Shown: in pieces, positions 12,049 to 25,443 of the stretch
Layout of the letters: every line of letters starts with the position of its first letter
How positions within the stretch are numbered: position 1 is the stretch's first letter
Assembly: GCF_006345805.1 (NCBI RefSeq)
Contig: NC_043001.1
Location: forward strand, 37,696,001 to 37,760,000
Source: Octopus sinensis
Taxonomy: Eukaryota
Length of the DNA: 64,000 nt
Direction of reading: 5' to 3'
Translations under genes and position numbers: made by a program
The notes under the pieces: model-generated
Told to the model about the DNA's origin: nothing
What the model saw: the letters and a program-made list of their open reading frames with translations, nothing else
The model's database searches: none

Positions 12049-14624
12049 CAGATATATTTCATATGTTAGATATGGATAAACACACACACACACACAAACA
12101 CACATACACACACTGATATTCTAATATTTACTAGCATTCAATGAATATAAATTATGAAATAAATAATGAATTATTTGGGGTTACAATAAGAAGTTTATAA
12201 TGAAAGAATAACAGGAAATAGTCAACTTCTGATACACAACATGATATTAAAGAAATATGTATAATGTTAACATGTGGCAAGTCTTCTGCAACAGAATGTT
12301 GTTTTGAGAACTTTTATCTCTTATCAGGTGATATAAAAAAAAAAAGGTAGAATCTTTCTGTAGCTAGTAGTATAAAACTATCAATCACAGGAGGTTAGCT
12401 GTAAAATGTCCTGAAACAAATTAATATGACAAAAACAAGCGCATTCCATATCCAACCAAATGAAGTTGCTCAACATGGAATTAACTTCCTAGGGGAACAC
12501 ATACTGAATAACAAAATATGTGTACTTTATATGATACATCATACTTAGAATTAGTGAAGATTTTTCAGAAAAGTACTCAACAAATGTTTATATAAATTAT
12601 GAATTATATGGAGCTATGATATTAAGTTTTTACAGTGAAAGAATAAATGGAAAAAGTCAACTTCCGTTACATGGTGTAATGAAAATGCATGTGGCGTTAT
12701 CTCGGAAAACTTTGTGCCTTGTAGATATATAGCTAGGAAGACAGATACACTAATATCCATGACACACTGGTATTCAGAAGTACAGACAGACATGCAGATA
12801 AACAACCAAGCAAAGAGACAGATAAATAATGTTTATTTGAAAAATTGTAACAAACACTATAAAGCTCAAAAGTATAACGGTTTAAATCATGAAACTTAGA
12901 AATATTTTATTTTACTAGGCAAAAAGCCTTATATTCAGGGAAAGGGAAATGGGGTGTCATTATTTTCTTTTGTTCTGAAAGATATTTCTAATATGGGCAC
13001 AAGACCTCAAATTGGGAGAATGGATACATTCAGTTAGATCAACTGGTAGCTATCTTATCATGCCCAGAAGGATGAAATGTAAAGCCAACCATAGCAGAAT
13101 TTGAACTCACATAAAGGTATGCATCTGAATATTATTAGGAATTTCATCCTTTACTCTGCTGATTTTACCAATCCATTGCTCTTTTCAAAAATAATATAGG
13201 TGAAATTATATGTATTTGAAACAAAGTGAAACTATATTTTAAATGAGATACTCCTGTAGCTTCTTGCTCAAACATACTTGCCATATGAAACGTTAAAATA
13301 CTTGTTTCTAAAAAGATTTTCTCTTCATCTGATTGTTTTTTTCTTTATAACTTTATTTTTCTAGTAGACAATACATAGCTTGAATTTTATATGCAATCAA
13401 CAATTTGATTTAACTACTATTAGCAGTTCACAAACACAAATTCTCCAGTGTTATATTTCAGATATTTTATTAGAATATTTTATATGGAATGCTTAGGGCT
13501 AAATGTGTTTCAGAATTTAGAACTTTCCAAATTCTAGAAAGGTATTTCGAGACATATTTTACTATGACATTCCAGTAGAATAAGTTGTAGTGTCCCTTAA
13601 ACAAGTACATTTTTTTAAATGACACTTAAGTGAAAGAAATTAATGTTTTTTATTGAGACACAATAAGCCAAAAGAGCAGATATGATGAACTGAATCAATT
13701 TATTGGTACTCACTTTTCAGTCACAGAGGTCTTGGTAAGATATTAACACAGAATAAAGAGGGACAAAACTAAAAACTGAAAGGCATTTAGTCCAATGCAA
13801 ACTGTCAGAGAGGAGAGATTTTAGTTGCTCAAATAGTTTAGTACTCTAGTAAAATTTAATCTATTAATTTGAGAAGTGATAACAGCAGCCTGTGATTCCT
13901 GTGCTGACATAAGACTTCCTCATGAGTTTTGCCCATTCCTTAAATAAAAATTCTAAATTGACTGCAAAGGTACCTTTATTGAGAAATATATAGTTGCTCA
14001 AGTTCCATGCAATTGATAACAGTTACACAAGTTTATTTGTATTAGAAAAAACTTCCAGAAAGACTCTTATCATTTATTCTTTTATTCTTTTACTAGTTTC
14101 ATTCAATGAACTTAACCATGCAGTGGTACTGTCTACCAATATTTTAGTTGATTATATTGACTTTAATGCTTTGACATTTGGTAAATTATTATTGACCTCT
14201 TTAGAAACAAAATGTACATTGTCCTTGGAGTAAAGAGAGATAAACTCAGTTGGACTGAATTACCATTTGGTAAACCAGTTATATATGTTTCATCATGATG
14301 ATCATCATCAACATTTAATGTGTTTTTCCATGCTGACATGGGTTGGACGGCTTAGCAAGTTTGGGCTTGGTTTCTACAGCTGAATATGCAACAGTAGATT
14401 TTACATCAAAGTGTCCCTTTCCTAGAAGGATGCTGAGACATCAGCTTGGGATCCCTCACTTTTGGAGATACAAACATACACATACAAAAGAGAAATAAGG
14501 ATAAACACAAGTTTATAATAAAGTTTCTACACATGTTTGAAGCTCTGCAATAGGTGTTCCTAGTACATTTAGATGTTCAACCATCATCAGAAAACACTTT
14601 ATTACATTAAGTTACAGATTATAT

Positions 14625-14770
14625 ATATATCATCATCATCATCATCGTTTAACGTCCGCTTTCCATGCAAGCATAGGTTAGATGGTTCGACTGGGGTCTG
14701 GGAAGCCAGGAGGCTGCACCAGGCCCAGTCTGATCTGGCAGTGTTTCTACAGCTGGATGCCCTTCCAATA
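14625..14770 (-). mobile_element. RTE 3'-UTR tail fragment
   Basis: CATCATCGTTTAACGTCCGCTTTCCATGC...CTACAGCTGGATGCCCTTCC matches the 3' end of the RTE at 31848-32000. Confidence 0.8.
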
Positions 14771-14809
14771 TATATATATATATACATACACACACACACG
14801 CATATGAAG

Positions 14810-15430
14810 TTAAATATATGTGCGGTCATAGAGTGAGGTAAGAACACAACCAGCACTCAAGTTCTGAGATACATTGGGTCAGCCATAACTGCCTTTAAGC
14901 AGTGCCTGTACAACCACAGGTCCTCTTTTAGAGTTCAGCAAAGATGTTACATCATGCCCCTGGCCAGCCATGTGTGGTGCCTTAATCCTTTTGTTACCAT
15001 ATTTCTTTTGAGATGCTCTATGTTTCTTTCAATTAATTTTAAATATAACAAAGAATTTAGTAAAATAACTTAGTTATCATTAAGCTAGTGTTAGGAACAT
15101 AAATTGGGACTAAAGTTTGGTGGAAGATTTTAATTCAGAACTTATGAAAACAAGACATTTGTACTAAAGAGCCAGATGCAGTTTCAGTCAGGTTGGTATT
15201 GAAAGGGTTAAAGATGAAGGAACTCCATATGAAATTAAATGGAGAATCATAGAGCAACAAGGCTCCTATAAAAATGGGAGCATATGATGCAAGCTTTGAT
15301 TAGCAGAGTGGGAAAAGATCCTCAAAGACTCACTGGACCTGAGGTCTCTCTTAAACTCAAGATGCAGGATCTATAGTTCCTGCCTCTATTTCAAATGCTA
15401 CCTGCTGCAGGTGTGGGGTTCCTTGTTCAC
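14810..15430 (+). pseudogene. Penelope-like element GIY-YIG endonuclease remnant, interrupted by a MITE
   Basis: With the MITE and one TTAA removed, one frame reads RYIGSAITAFKQCLYNHRSSF...LASHVWCLKDEGTPYEIKWRIIEQQGSYKNGSI*CKL*LAE...LLNSRCRI, the Penelope GIY-YIG pattern (YIG, FKxRxxNHxxSF, WxLK, IxW, CxLCLxE, LLNxR). Confidence 0.8.
14986..15207. mobile_element. TTAA-type MITE family 2
   Basis: TTAA at 14982-14985 and 15208-15211; imperfect TIRs TCCTTTTGTTACC / GGTATTGAAAGGG. Confidence 0.8.
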
Positions 15431-15650
15431 TGATTAAAACTGTAAAAAGTGCTTGCTGACTGGAACCAACCTAAGGGTGGAGATTTCCTGTTTGCCCTTT
15501 AGGTCCACAAGATTTGCTGACTGGACGGGTCTTAGTGTGATAAACCATCTTATTTAAGGCTCAGACAGTGTATATTATTCTTTCATTTACAAATTAACTG
15601 ACCATAACGGTTTTCTACCTCCAGTTTGAAGAGAGTTTATATGCCTCCAG

Positions 15651-15720
15651 CCATTGGAATCTGATGAGTTCTCTATAAAGCTAAGTGCTTTATGGATGCA
15701 AAACCAGTGGTCACTCTATG
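15651..15720 (+). ncRNA. Degenerate type I hammerhead-ribozyme-like motif downstream of the Penelope ORF
   Basis: CTGATGAG at 15661, 9-bp stem TCTATAAAG/CTTTATGGA, CAAAAC in place of CGAAAC, then CAGTG-GTC. Confidence 0.45.
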
Positions 15721-15949
15721 ACAAGACATATTTTTAACTTCATGTAAAAACATTACTACTCTAACATTTAGAGGGTTTCTTTTTCGGATATATGATCCAC
15801 TGATGATACACGCACACATGCATGCACACACACACGCGCACGCGAACACACACACACACGCGCACGCGAACACACACACACGCGCGCGCGCGCGAACACA
15901 CACACATGCATGCGAACACACACACACACATGTATATATATACATATAT

Positions 15950-16280
15950 ATACCACCAGTACTCTCTTGCAAGTTACTTGGTAACCTTGCCAGTGCTGAT
16001 GCCATATAAAAAGCATCAAGTCCACTCTGTAAAGTGGTTGGTATTTGTAAGGGCATCCAGCTGTAAAAACCATGCCAAAGCAGAACTTTCAAGTGCTGGT
16101 GCAATGTAAAAAGCACCCAGTTCACTCTGTAAAGTGGTTGGTGTTAGGAAGGGCGTCTAGCCATAAAAACTATATCAAAACAGATGGTGGCACTTGGTGC
16201 TGTCCTCTAGCTTGTCAAACTGTCCAACTCATGCCAGTATGGAAGATGGACGTTAAATAATGATGATGATGATGATGATA
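15950..16280 (+). mobile_element. RTE 3'-UTR fragment with (GAT)n tail
   Basis: AAGCACCCAGTTCACTCTGTAAAGTGGTTGG repeated twice; ends GGACGTTAAATAATGATGATG. Confidence 0.75.
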
Positions 16281-17561
16281 TATATATATATATATATGGT
16301 GTTCCACAATTTCTGTCTATTGAATTTTACTCACAAGGTATTGGCCAAACTGTGGCTATAGCAGAAGACGCTTGTCCAATGTGCTGCACAATGCAAACTT
16401 CTTAACCACTGAGCCATGCCTGCCCTCACAGGCAGACGGACATAGAATGACTTTGCATATATATAGCAGAAGTAAAGAAGTCATTGTTAGTAAATCACCC
16501 ATAAAATTAATTCCGTCAAATATCTGAAATGCTCCCTAGAAGTTGTTAGTAGCTTCTATTACTTAGTTGATGCTTGTGTGCTAAGTGCAATATTAGATGT
16601 AGAAATGGATGTATAAAATTAATGTACAAAAGAACTGAGGAAAAAAAACTGGGTATAAGATGAATTGATTGTAGAGTGTAAGAGAGATTACTGCATTGGT
16701 ATTGGAAGTTAGAAGTGCCAAATGGTCCAAGTGGAAGGAACCTGCAGAAGGTGAAGACTGATGAAGACCAAGGGAGAAAATAAGTTCAGTCATGTATATT
16801 ATTATTTTCTTGCAAATTGAGTTCAAATTTTGTCAAGGTCAACTTTACCTTTCATCCTTTCACGGTCAATGAAATAAGTACCAGTCAAGCACTGGGGTCA
16901 ATGTATCAGCTATTGCCCTCTCCCAAAATTTCAGACCTCATACCTATAGTACAAAGGATTATTATCTTGCAAATTCTTTTAAAATTTCATACGTAAAGGG
17001 GTTTTTTTTTTATAGTCTACAAGGCCATTGCATGTAGCTGTGATGACTGCTTTCAAAGTGCATAATAAAGAGGTCTGCTTCCCAATCACATGGCATCAGG
17101 TTAATCCAACTGCATGGTAACTTGGACAAGTGTCTTTTACTATAACTCTGGGCCATCCAAAGCTTTCTGAATAGACTTGGTAAAACAGAAAGTGACAGAA
17201 GTCCCTCATCATTATCATCATCATCGTCATTTAACATCCATTGTCCATGCTGGCATGGGTTGGACAGTTTGACAAGGACTGGTAAACTGTAGGGTTGTAC
17301 CAAGCTCTATTGTCTGTTTTTACATGGTGTATATGACCAGATGTCCTTTCTAATGCCATGTGTGTGTGTATGTGTGTGTGTGTGTGTGTGTGTAGTTTAT
17401 GTCACCTTGCCTTATAAAGCATGATGATTGTAAAGGAACATCACCATCAAACAAAATTGTGTGTTTGTTTCCAATTTTCCATAAAAATGTAATTGGCCAT
17501 GAAAAATCTGCATTAACAAATTTCACCTAACCCATGCAAGCATGGGAAAGTAGACACTAAA

Positions 17562-17593
<32 letters not shown>

Positions 17594-18981
17594 GGTGGTG
17601 GTGGTGGCAAGTGAGTATAATTGATACCACCTTCTCCAAGCTAAACACATAAGTACAGTTGAGTTACTGAAACACTTATTAATCGCACACTGTATTTCTA
17701 CTTATACTAGTGGGCTATACTGCAACATGGTACCTATTTAAGGTTAGTGAGTTGAGTAATTAAGAACTAAGTCTCTGCTAGGGACATAGTATAACATTAA
17801 TAACTGGATCAAAACCACTGACCCTTTCACCAACAGACCAACATTCTATCATCCAGTTGCAACTCTTTTATGCCGTGATAAGAAATCAATATAACCATAA
17901 GAACATTTGAACAAAAGTGCTTTCAGTCGATTTAGTTTTTTAATACATGGAGAACTAGGATAATTCACAGTACAGGCAGATCTGGAATATCTTACAGAAG
18001 AAGAGTGGTACTTAAAATGTCATTTTATTTCCAAAATTAGCATTAAAAAAAAATTTACTATTCACACACACACACACATCTATCAATATCTGCATCTATA
18101 CCCATAACTGTGTGTGTATGTGTGTGTTTGTGTGCGCGCATGTATGCATGTGTGTGCATGTGTAAAACAGAAAGAGATACTCTGCTCTGAGTATTTTTCT
18201 TAACAAAAATTCTGTCAATTTCGAAGCTTGGCAATACTATTAAAATATGCCAAGACCTTCTTCCTCTTCATTTTTTTAAAATTTAATTTTTTTTTTTTTT
18301 TACCAAAGGAAAAGAATGTGCTGTAATGGAACTGGATAGAGAAAATCTGGTGCAGTGTCAGTAGAAATGTTTTTAGTCAGAACTTCAGCAACCATCATCT
18401 CATCACTATCATAAAATGTAATGGAATATTGTTACACTATTTTTGTACAGCTTTGACTCAATCAAAGAAGTGAAAGGAAATTGATATTTTTCATTCAAAA
18501 TGTAAAATTCTTTAGTAAATATGGTTTCATCTATTTCAATTTCTTTATTCTTATAAGTGGAGAAGATCAGTAGCAAATTACTCTTAATATATCTTGGGTA
18601 TTAAAAGATTATAGATAAATATCCAAACAGTATAGCAAAAATAGTCAAAGTGGTTCCAATAACACATCAGAGACAGCTGTTGATTATTTTCAGATAAAGC
18701 AGCAAAAAGTCTCTGGAAGAAAATAAATTTATAAACTACAAAGTTTACAGTGAGTCTTGAAGATTACTCATATAGAGAGACTAGAACTACTCACTAAGGA
18801 TAATCATTTATAACATAGGCACAATAAGGCCAGAAAATTAAGGTTAGTCAATTTACTGGTACTCTATTTTATCAACAATGGGGTGATAAAAGCAGGATTT
18901 GAACTCAGAACACAAAGTGCTAGAATAAAAACTGCAAGATATTTTGTTCAATGTTCTAATGGCTCTATCAATCCACTACCC

Positions 18982-19020
<39 letters not shown>

Positions 19021-19029
19021 CAATAAAAA

Positions 19030-19605
19030 TAATATGCCCTAATACAGTACCAGGCAGTGGCTCCTGATCTTAACTGATTGGAAGTGTTGTCATGTACATT
19101 GTTTTGTCTTGGTATAAAAGATGAGCTACAGCAAATATTCTGCTCAATACCAAAGATTTGCTTGTCAGTTGTTTGACCATAACCAGTTGAGCATGTCCCT
19201 TAGTGGCTGGTGATATGTGCATCTCTGATCATGAGCAGAAGTAGTGTGTGAGCATCATAGCCATGTGTTGAAAGGAATTCTTAGAGGTTTAGATAATTCA
19301 CCTTTGGAAACATGGGTGGTTTGTTCAACATCCTTAAACGACCCTTATTCAGAGACCTTTTGAGTGGGATGGGTTATTCAACCAGAAGAAAATTCTAACT
19401 GAGCCCCACCTGCAAGGTCATGCGCTGTTTATCTTGATATGAGATCACCATGTCGCGCACATATGGTTCTGATGCATGTGCCTGGTGTACCCTTATCAGA
19501 CGGGTAGTCATAATGGGTATACTGGGCTTTGTATATTTTACCCCAGTATCACTTTGATGGCATGCACTGCTCTCTCACTCAATAATAATAATAATAATAA
19601 TAATA
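19030..19605 (+). mobile_element. Non-coding element embedded in (AAT)n, probably a non-LTR retroelement 3' region
   Basis: ~570 bp of GC-richer sequence between (AAT)n tracts at 18982-19017 and 19581-19605; ends CTCTCTCACTC-AATAATAAT. Confidence 0.45.
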
Positions 19606-20037
19606 ATTTCAAATTTTAGCACAAGGCCAGAAAGTTTGGGATAAGAGCAAAGTCGATTACATCAATCCCAAAGTTCAACCGGTACTTTATTTATTGATCC
19701 TCAAAGGATGAAAGGCAAAGTTAACCTCAGTGGAATATGAACTCAGAATGTAAAGACAGACAAAATGCCACTAAGCATTTTGCCCAGTATGCTAATGATT
19801 CTGCAAATAGCTAGATACCAGGAAAATACAGCATTTTACAACTGTTTATCATATAAATGCTTCAACAAGTTGTGCAGGGCACAATTTGTTTGCCAACATA
19901 CAGATACTTCAGAGTGGATGAAACATAAGTAAATTACTGGTGTATTAAATGTTTTTTGCTTTAATGCTTTCCTACAGAGTTTTGGTCAATATTGTATTAT
20001 AAGGTAAATGTAAACACATTGATTTTATATGCTGTAT

Positions 20038-20106
20038 TTCATGGACAGAAAAAAAGGGTTTGACCACACTAGTTTCAATCCCACATTAGGTTTTCATCAG
20101 CATGAA
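20038..20106 (-). ncRNA. Type I hammerhead-ribozyme-like motif
   Basis: Minus strand: TTCATG-CTGATGA-AAACCT-AATGT-GGGATT-GAAAC...CT-GTC-CATGAA; core nucleotides present, 6-bp stem I, stem II with one A.A mismatch. Confidence 0.6.
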
Positions 20107-20199
20107 GAACTTTATTTAAATGCTTATGAAGACACTGCCTCTAAACCCATTACTACTGAGATCCCATATGAAATGGATAAACTGAATTTACATATATAA

Positions 20200-20610
20200 T
20201 GCTTTACTGGCACTTATGCCTGTGCTAGTAGGGTGCCAAGAACACCATCCGAGCATGATCGTTGCCAGAGCAGCCAACTGGCTTCTGTACCCTTGGCACG
20301 TAAAAGGGCACCATTCGAGCGTGATCATTACCAACGTTGCTTCACTGGCACCTGTGTCGGTGGCACGTGTAAAAAGATTCGAGCGAGGTCATTGCCAGTA
20401 CCGTCTGACTGGCCCCTGTGCAGGTGGCACGTAAAAAGCACCCACTACACTCTCGGAGTGGTTGGCATTAGGAAGGGCATCCAGCTGTAGAAACTCTGCC
20501 AGATCAAGACTGGAGCCTGGTGCAGCCAGCCCTCAGTCAAAACCGTCCAACCCATGCTAGCATGGAAAACGGACATTAAACAGTAATGATGATGATGATG
20601 ATGATGATGA
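20200..20610 (+). mobile_element. Young RTE 3'-UTR-only insertion
   Basis: Repeated GGCACGTAAAA modules, GGAGTGGTTGGCATTAGGAAGGGCATCCAGCTGTAGAAAC, (GAT)n tail; CpGs retained. Confidence 0.8.
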
Positions 20611-22552
20611 ATGCTTAATGCTTTCTTGACAACTATTTCTATTAATAAAATTAGTAATGTGTAAGCAGTATTTTGTTTAAATGGTATATTGTGCTACAGA
20701 ATATATCTATAGGTTTTTTAGCCAACATTCTATACAGACGGATGTAAGCACTATGTTATATGGAATAACTTTATGGACAAAAAGTTAAGTCAACCTTGGG
20801 AGGTTTAAACTCAGAACATATAGGAACATAATAGCAAATCTCTCTTAAAAAGCTAAAGCGCATTTATGGCATGCTAGGAAAGTGAACTCACACTCACAGA
20901 TTTAATTTATGGCTAAATCAATTGAGCTATTTTTCTCATCCAATCAGTGATTAGTGTAATACTATATTAACTGGCATGCCTAATCACTGGTGGCAGTAAC
21001 AGCTGACTTAGCAACATCAGTACTAATATAATTACAGTCATTTCCAAAAATCAAAATAGTGATTAGTGCAACGCCATTTTAAGAAACACACCTAAATCAC
21101 TGATAGTGTTAGCAGTAGCAATACTAGCTCAAGTATGCATGACCATTTCTAAGAGCTCACACAGTAGTATCAGTTTGCATAGTAACAACAGTAGAAGTTG
21201 TAGCAGCAGCAGCCAACAACTCATACTTATTGAACAACTGAGTACCAGTGCAGCCTTTTTTCCAGAAGCTGATCAGATCCAGGGTGTCACTACACAACAA
21301 CTAACATTCAAAAGGTTCAACAATTTACAGTCAGCAGCTCTTACAAGTTTCAGATCCTTCAGTTTATTTTGCACAAATAAAACAGTACAGAGCTTTCTAT
21401 AAGAACAATATTACATTACTTTCCAGCCAGCTTTCAACAAAAACATAAGATGTCATACATATATTTACATTTTATACGCACATCTATTGTTCATTCATTT
21501 GCATGCACACAAAAACATTTATTTATAGATATGTCAACAACATATTTTGTGGAATACTGTTTTCATTTCTGTCTTTCAAAACATTTCACTGTATTTTGTA
21601 CATTCTTGACATGGAAATTGCAACCACTTTAAATATTAACAACAATTTTATCTAACTAATCACACTTGTCACAGTCCCATTAACAGGCTGACTTGTTGAG
21701 AATATATTTTTCTATTTCATGATTATAATAGAATAATAAAAATTATCTTCACCAAATTATTCTGTATTTCATCTTTTAGTTGAATTTATGCTTTCTACAT
21801 AACTAAATAGTGCAAACCACTTTGTGCACCATTCTAGCAATTAATGTATTAAATTCAGTTAAATAATAATGAACACTATTATTATTATGATGGTGATGAT
21901 GTGGAAGATGATGATTTATAATGTAGGAACAATGTCAGTAATTTGGGGAGTGGGAAGAGAACTGTTGATTATATCAATCTTAATAACTGACAGGTACTTA
22001 TTGTTCCTAGAAAAATGGAAGGTAAAGTTGATTTCAGTAGAATTTTTGAATTCAGAATGAAAAGAAGTATGGCTCTATAGTTAAATGCAGTCTACATTTA
22101 CTCTACACAGACATTTCATGCCATTTTGGAATCAGGATGATCCTGGGATTGAAAATCTGCTCTTCATTTGGTTCTTGAACATCCAGCATTGGGATCTGAT
22201 TTAAAAGCGTTTGGGTTGCTATTTCTAGCAAGTAAAGCTTGATTGATTCATGCTATCTTAGTTGGCATTTATCAGATGACATCAGAGATCAAGAGGGAGA
22301 TAAATGACATTTGCTTCATTAATTTTATGTTGAGATAAGAACTTTGGGACAAATTGGCCAACTGTTGGAATTCAACTTGGGATTGGAACAATAAAATGAT
22401 TGCATTATAGAATTAGTTCTCACCTGTACTTAACCTCTGATCAAGCACCAATAGGGCATATAGTCATTATAGACATATTATAGTCATGCTATTTAGCTCA
22501 CTTTAGTTTTGGGCTTCAGGACTAATTAGTCCTCTGCAGTGTAGCTTTCAAG

Positions 22553-22778
22553 CTTTTATTCTTTTATTCGTTTATTTGTTTCAGTCATTTGACAGCGGCC
22601 ATGCTGCAGCACTGCCTTTAGTCGAGCAAATCGACCCCAGAACTTATTCTTTGTAAGCCTAGTACTTATTCTATCAGTCTCTTTTGCTGAACTGCTAGAT
22701 TACGGGAATATAAACACACCAGCATCAGTTGTCAAGAGATGCTGGGGAGAACAAACACACACACACACACACACACGC

Positions 22779-22846
<68 letters not shown>

Positions 22847-23012
22847 TATATATACAATGAGCTTCTCACAGTTTCAGTCTACCAAATTCACTCACAAGGT
22901 TATGGTCAGCCCAAGGCTATATTAGAAGAAACTTGCCCAAGGTGCCACACAGTGGGACTGAACCCACTGTGGTTGGTAAGTAAGCTACTTACCACACAGC
23001 CATGCTTGTGCC
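22553..23012 (-). mobile_element. SINE family A, full length
   Basis: Reverse complement of the family A head, core and tail with internal (CA)n(TA)n. Confidence 0.85.
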
Positions 23013-24986
23013 TTTACAAATGAAACGAATAAGAAAATAGACTAACTGAAATTTTGTACTGATAGAAACCTAAAAGCTGGAGTAAAAATTCAAGAATCTG
23101 AAGCTACTGTAGAAGTAGTTAAGAGGGCATTAACATAATTAATGTCGTAAGCTTAGGAGTTTTAATTAACTAAAATTACACTCATAGTGAAGAGGGAAAA
23201 AAATTATTATCTTCATGATTAATTCTGGCCAGGAATGATAGGTGAAACAACATTAGAATTTTAATTCATTAAAATTAATTAAAAATAGAATTTAGTAAAG
23301 ATTAAGCCCTATTTTTGGCAATCTATTAGAAATAACATTATAGCATAATAAACATATAATTCAAGCTTGCTTGCAGTGCAAGTGTTACCTAATTCTAGGA
23401 TTCCAATTTGAACATATTCAAAGAGTACCTGAATATTATGAAATATATAACTAAATATTTAAATGCCTTAATCCTGAATGCTTATATATTCACATTATTT
23501 TGAGTTAATCATATGTTATCTTGTATCTTTGAGATGTGGTAGCTTATTTTTTAGAATGACAAAGTATGGAAGGTACGAGAGACTGCATCTGGCCAGTTTG
23601 AACATTAAACAGGTAGATTATTTAGCTGGATATTGCAGTTTCAAATGCTTATGTGTTAGAGTTAGAGAAAGGGTGTTTATAATTTTTCATATTGTTAACT
23701 TCATCTTTACAAATGAAAACTAGTTTAATATTTCTGTAGTTTAGAAATAACAATTCCTAGAATAAATCAAGCCTGGCACTATGTATACACCTAGAAGCAA
23801 GGCATCTGATAATGAACAGAAAGTCAACCAACCAATCAAAATGAAAGGAAAAGTGCAAACAATATTTTTTTTTTAATCTTATGTCTAAATATGAGCAGAA
23901 GGTAATCAACCAAAGGTGAAGATTGACACCACATGCTCATGGTGTTGTGAAATAAAAATGCACCCAGTCCACATGGTTGCAAAACAAGCTTCTTAATCAC
24001 ACATTTACGCATGTTTTAGTTGAATTTCATCTATTGGATTTTGCAACATTAATTTATATGAAACACAAAGAGCAAATAGATTTGTATTAGAGAGCAACAA
24101 GTCATTAAGTTTACCAGTTCATTTATGCAGGAAAGGTGTTAAAGTGATATAGAAATGTAATGTGTATGGATCATAACAAAGGAGGAAATGAAAGATAATG
24201 AGATCAGATTGTACAATGCTGGGATTTACAGACATGATGATAGAGGATCACAAAGAATGGTGTAGACTGGTCCAACCCATAACAAAAACAAAAATACATG
24301 TGAAAACATTGATGATTTTTGATGATGAGGAGGAAGAGGATGAGTTGGAGTTTTGTTGCAGCAGAGCTTTTCTGACAAGCATTGCCTGATCTACTAATTT
24401 TAGTTTCAACCAGACCTGTCTGACTTCCTTGAAATTATTTTGTTCAGGCAGATAATTGATTACACAATGGTATTTTCTTATTAATTGTTCAACTAATCTC
24501 CGTAAACATTAGCACATTTATACAAGCTATTTGTCTGAAAAATTTCATCTAAGAAATTTTCAATGAGAAAAGACAAACTGGTTTGATTTAGTCAGAGAAT
24601 TTTCTGGAGTCAAAAATAAGACAGCTACAAATTGGTAATTAGTTCTACTTGCATAGAATTACATGGCCTGAAACTTTGCTATGTGCATCCAATTATAACA
24701 AAAATTAACAAGCTTTATTTTCAAGATTACAATTGCTCATTATTCACAACCTTCCATTTTTGCAAATTATCTCTTGCTAGTGTCGTGCAAACTGAAGTAT
24801 TCACATATTTGCTTTTAATAGATATAAGATGAAGGGCTAAGTAGTTTGCTTCAGAAACTCATACTTCCAGGTTCAAACCTACAGCACATGTCTTCTATCA
24901 TGGTACCAAGTTGACCAATATCTTTTAAATGAAATTTAGTATATGGTAACTGTGTGGAAACCTGTCATATATATATATATATATAT

Positions 24987-25202
24987 TCATTTATTCTTTT
25001 CTTTGTTTCAGTCATTTGACTGTGGCCATGCTGAAGCACCGCCTTTAGTCAAGCAAATCAACCCCAGGACTTATTCTATTGTAAGCCTAATACTTATTCT
25101 GTCAGTCTCTCTTGCCAAACCGCTAAATGATGGGGATGTAAACACACCACCATCGGTTGTCAAGCGAAGTTGGGGGGACAAACACAGACACACAAACATA
25201 TG

Positions 25203-25240
<38 letters not shown>

Positions 25241-25405
25241 TATGATAAGCTTCTTTCAGTTTCCGTCTACCAAATCCACTCACAAGGCTTTGGTCAGCCC
25301 GAGGCTATAGTAGAAGACACTTCCCCAAGGTGCCACACAGTGGAACTGAACCCGGAAGCATGTGATTGGTAAGGAAGCTACTTACCACACAGCCACTCCT
25401 GTGCC
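24987..25405 (-). mobile_element. SINE family A, full length, abutting a plus-strand partial copy at ~24830-24966
   Basis: Family A motifs; the two copies meet at a (TA)n tract in inverted orientation. Confidence 0.85.

Positions 25406-25443
<38 letters not shown>

Noticed and set aside
12190-12670. ~45-bp diverged direct repeat ~430 bp apart (GAAAGAATAA...AGTCAACTTC)
   Set aside because: Too short and AT-rich to interpret.
13480-13560. Weak resemblance to a Tc1/mariner-Tigger terminus
   Set aside because: Short, diverged, and no partner TIR found.
21106-21402. 98-aa Ser/Gln-rich ORF
   Set aside because: Low complexity, non-ATG start in the sequence, no splice or homology support.
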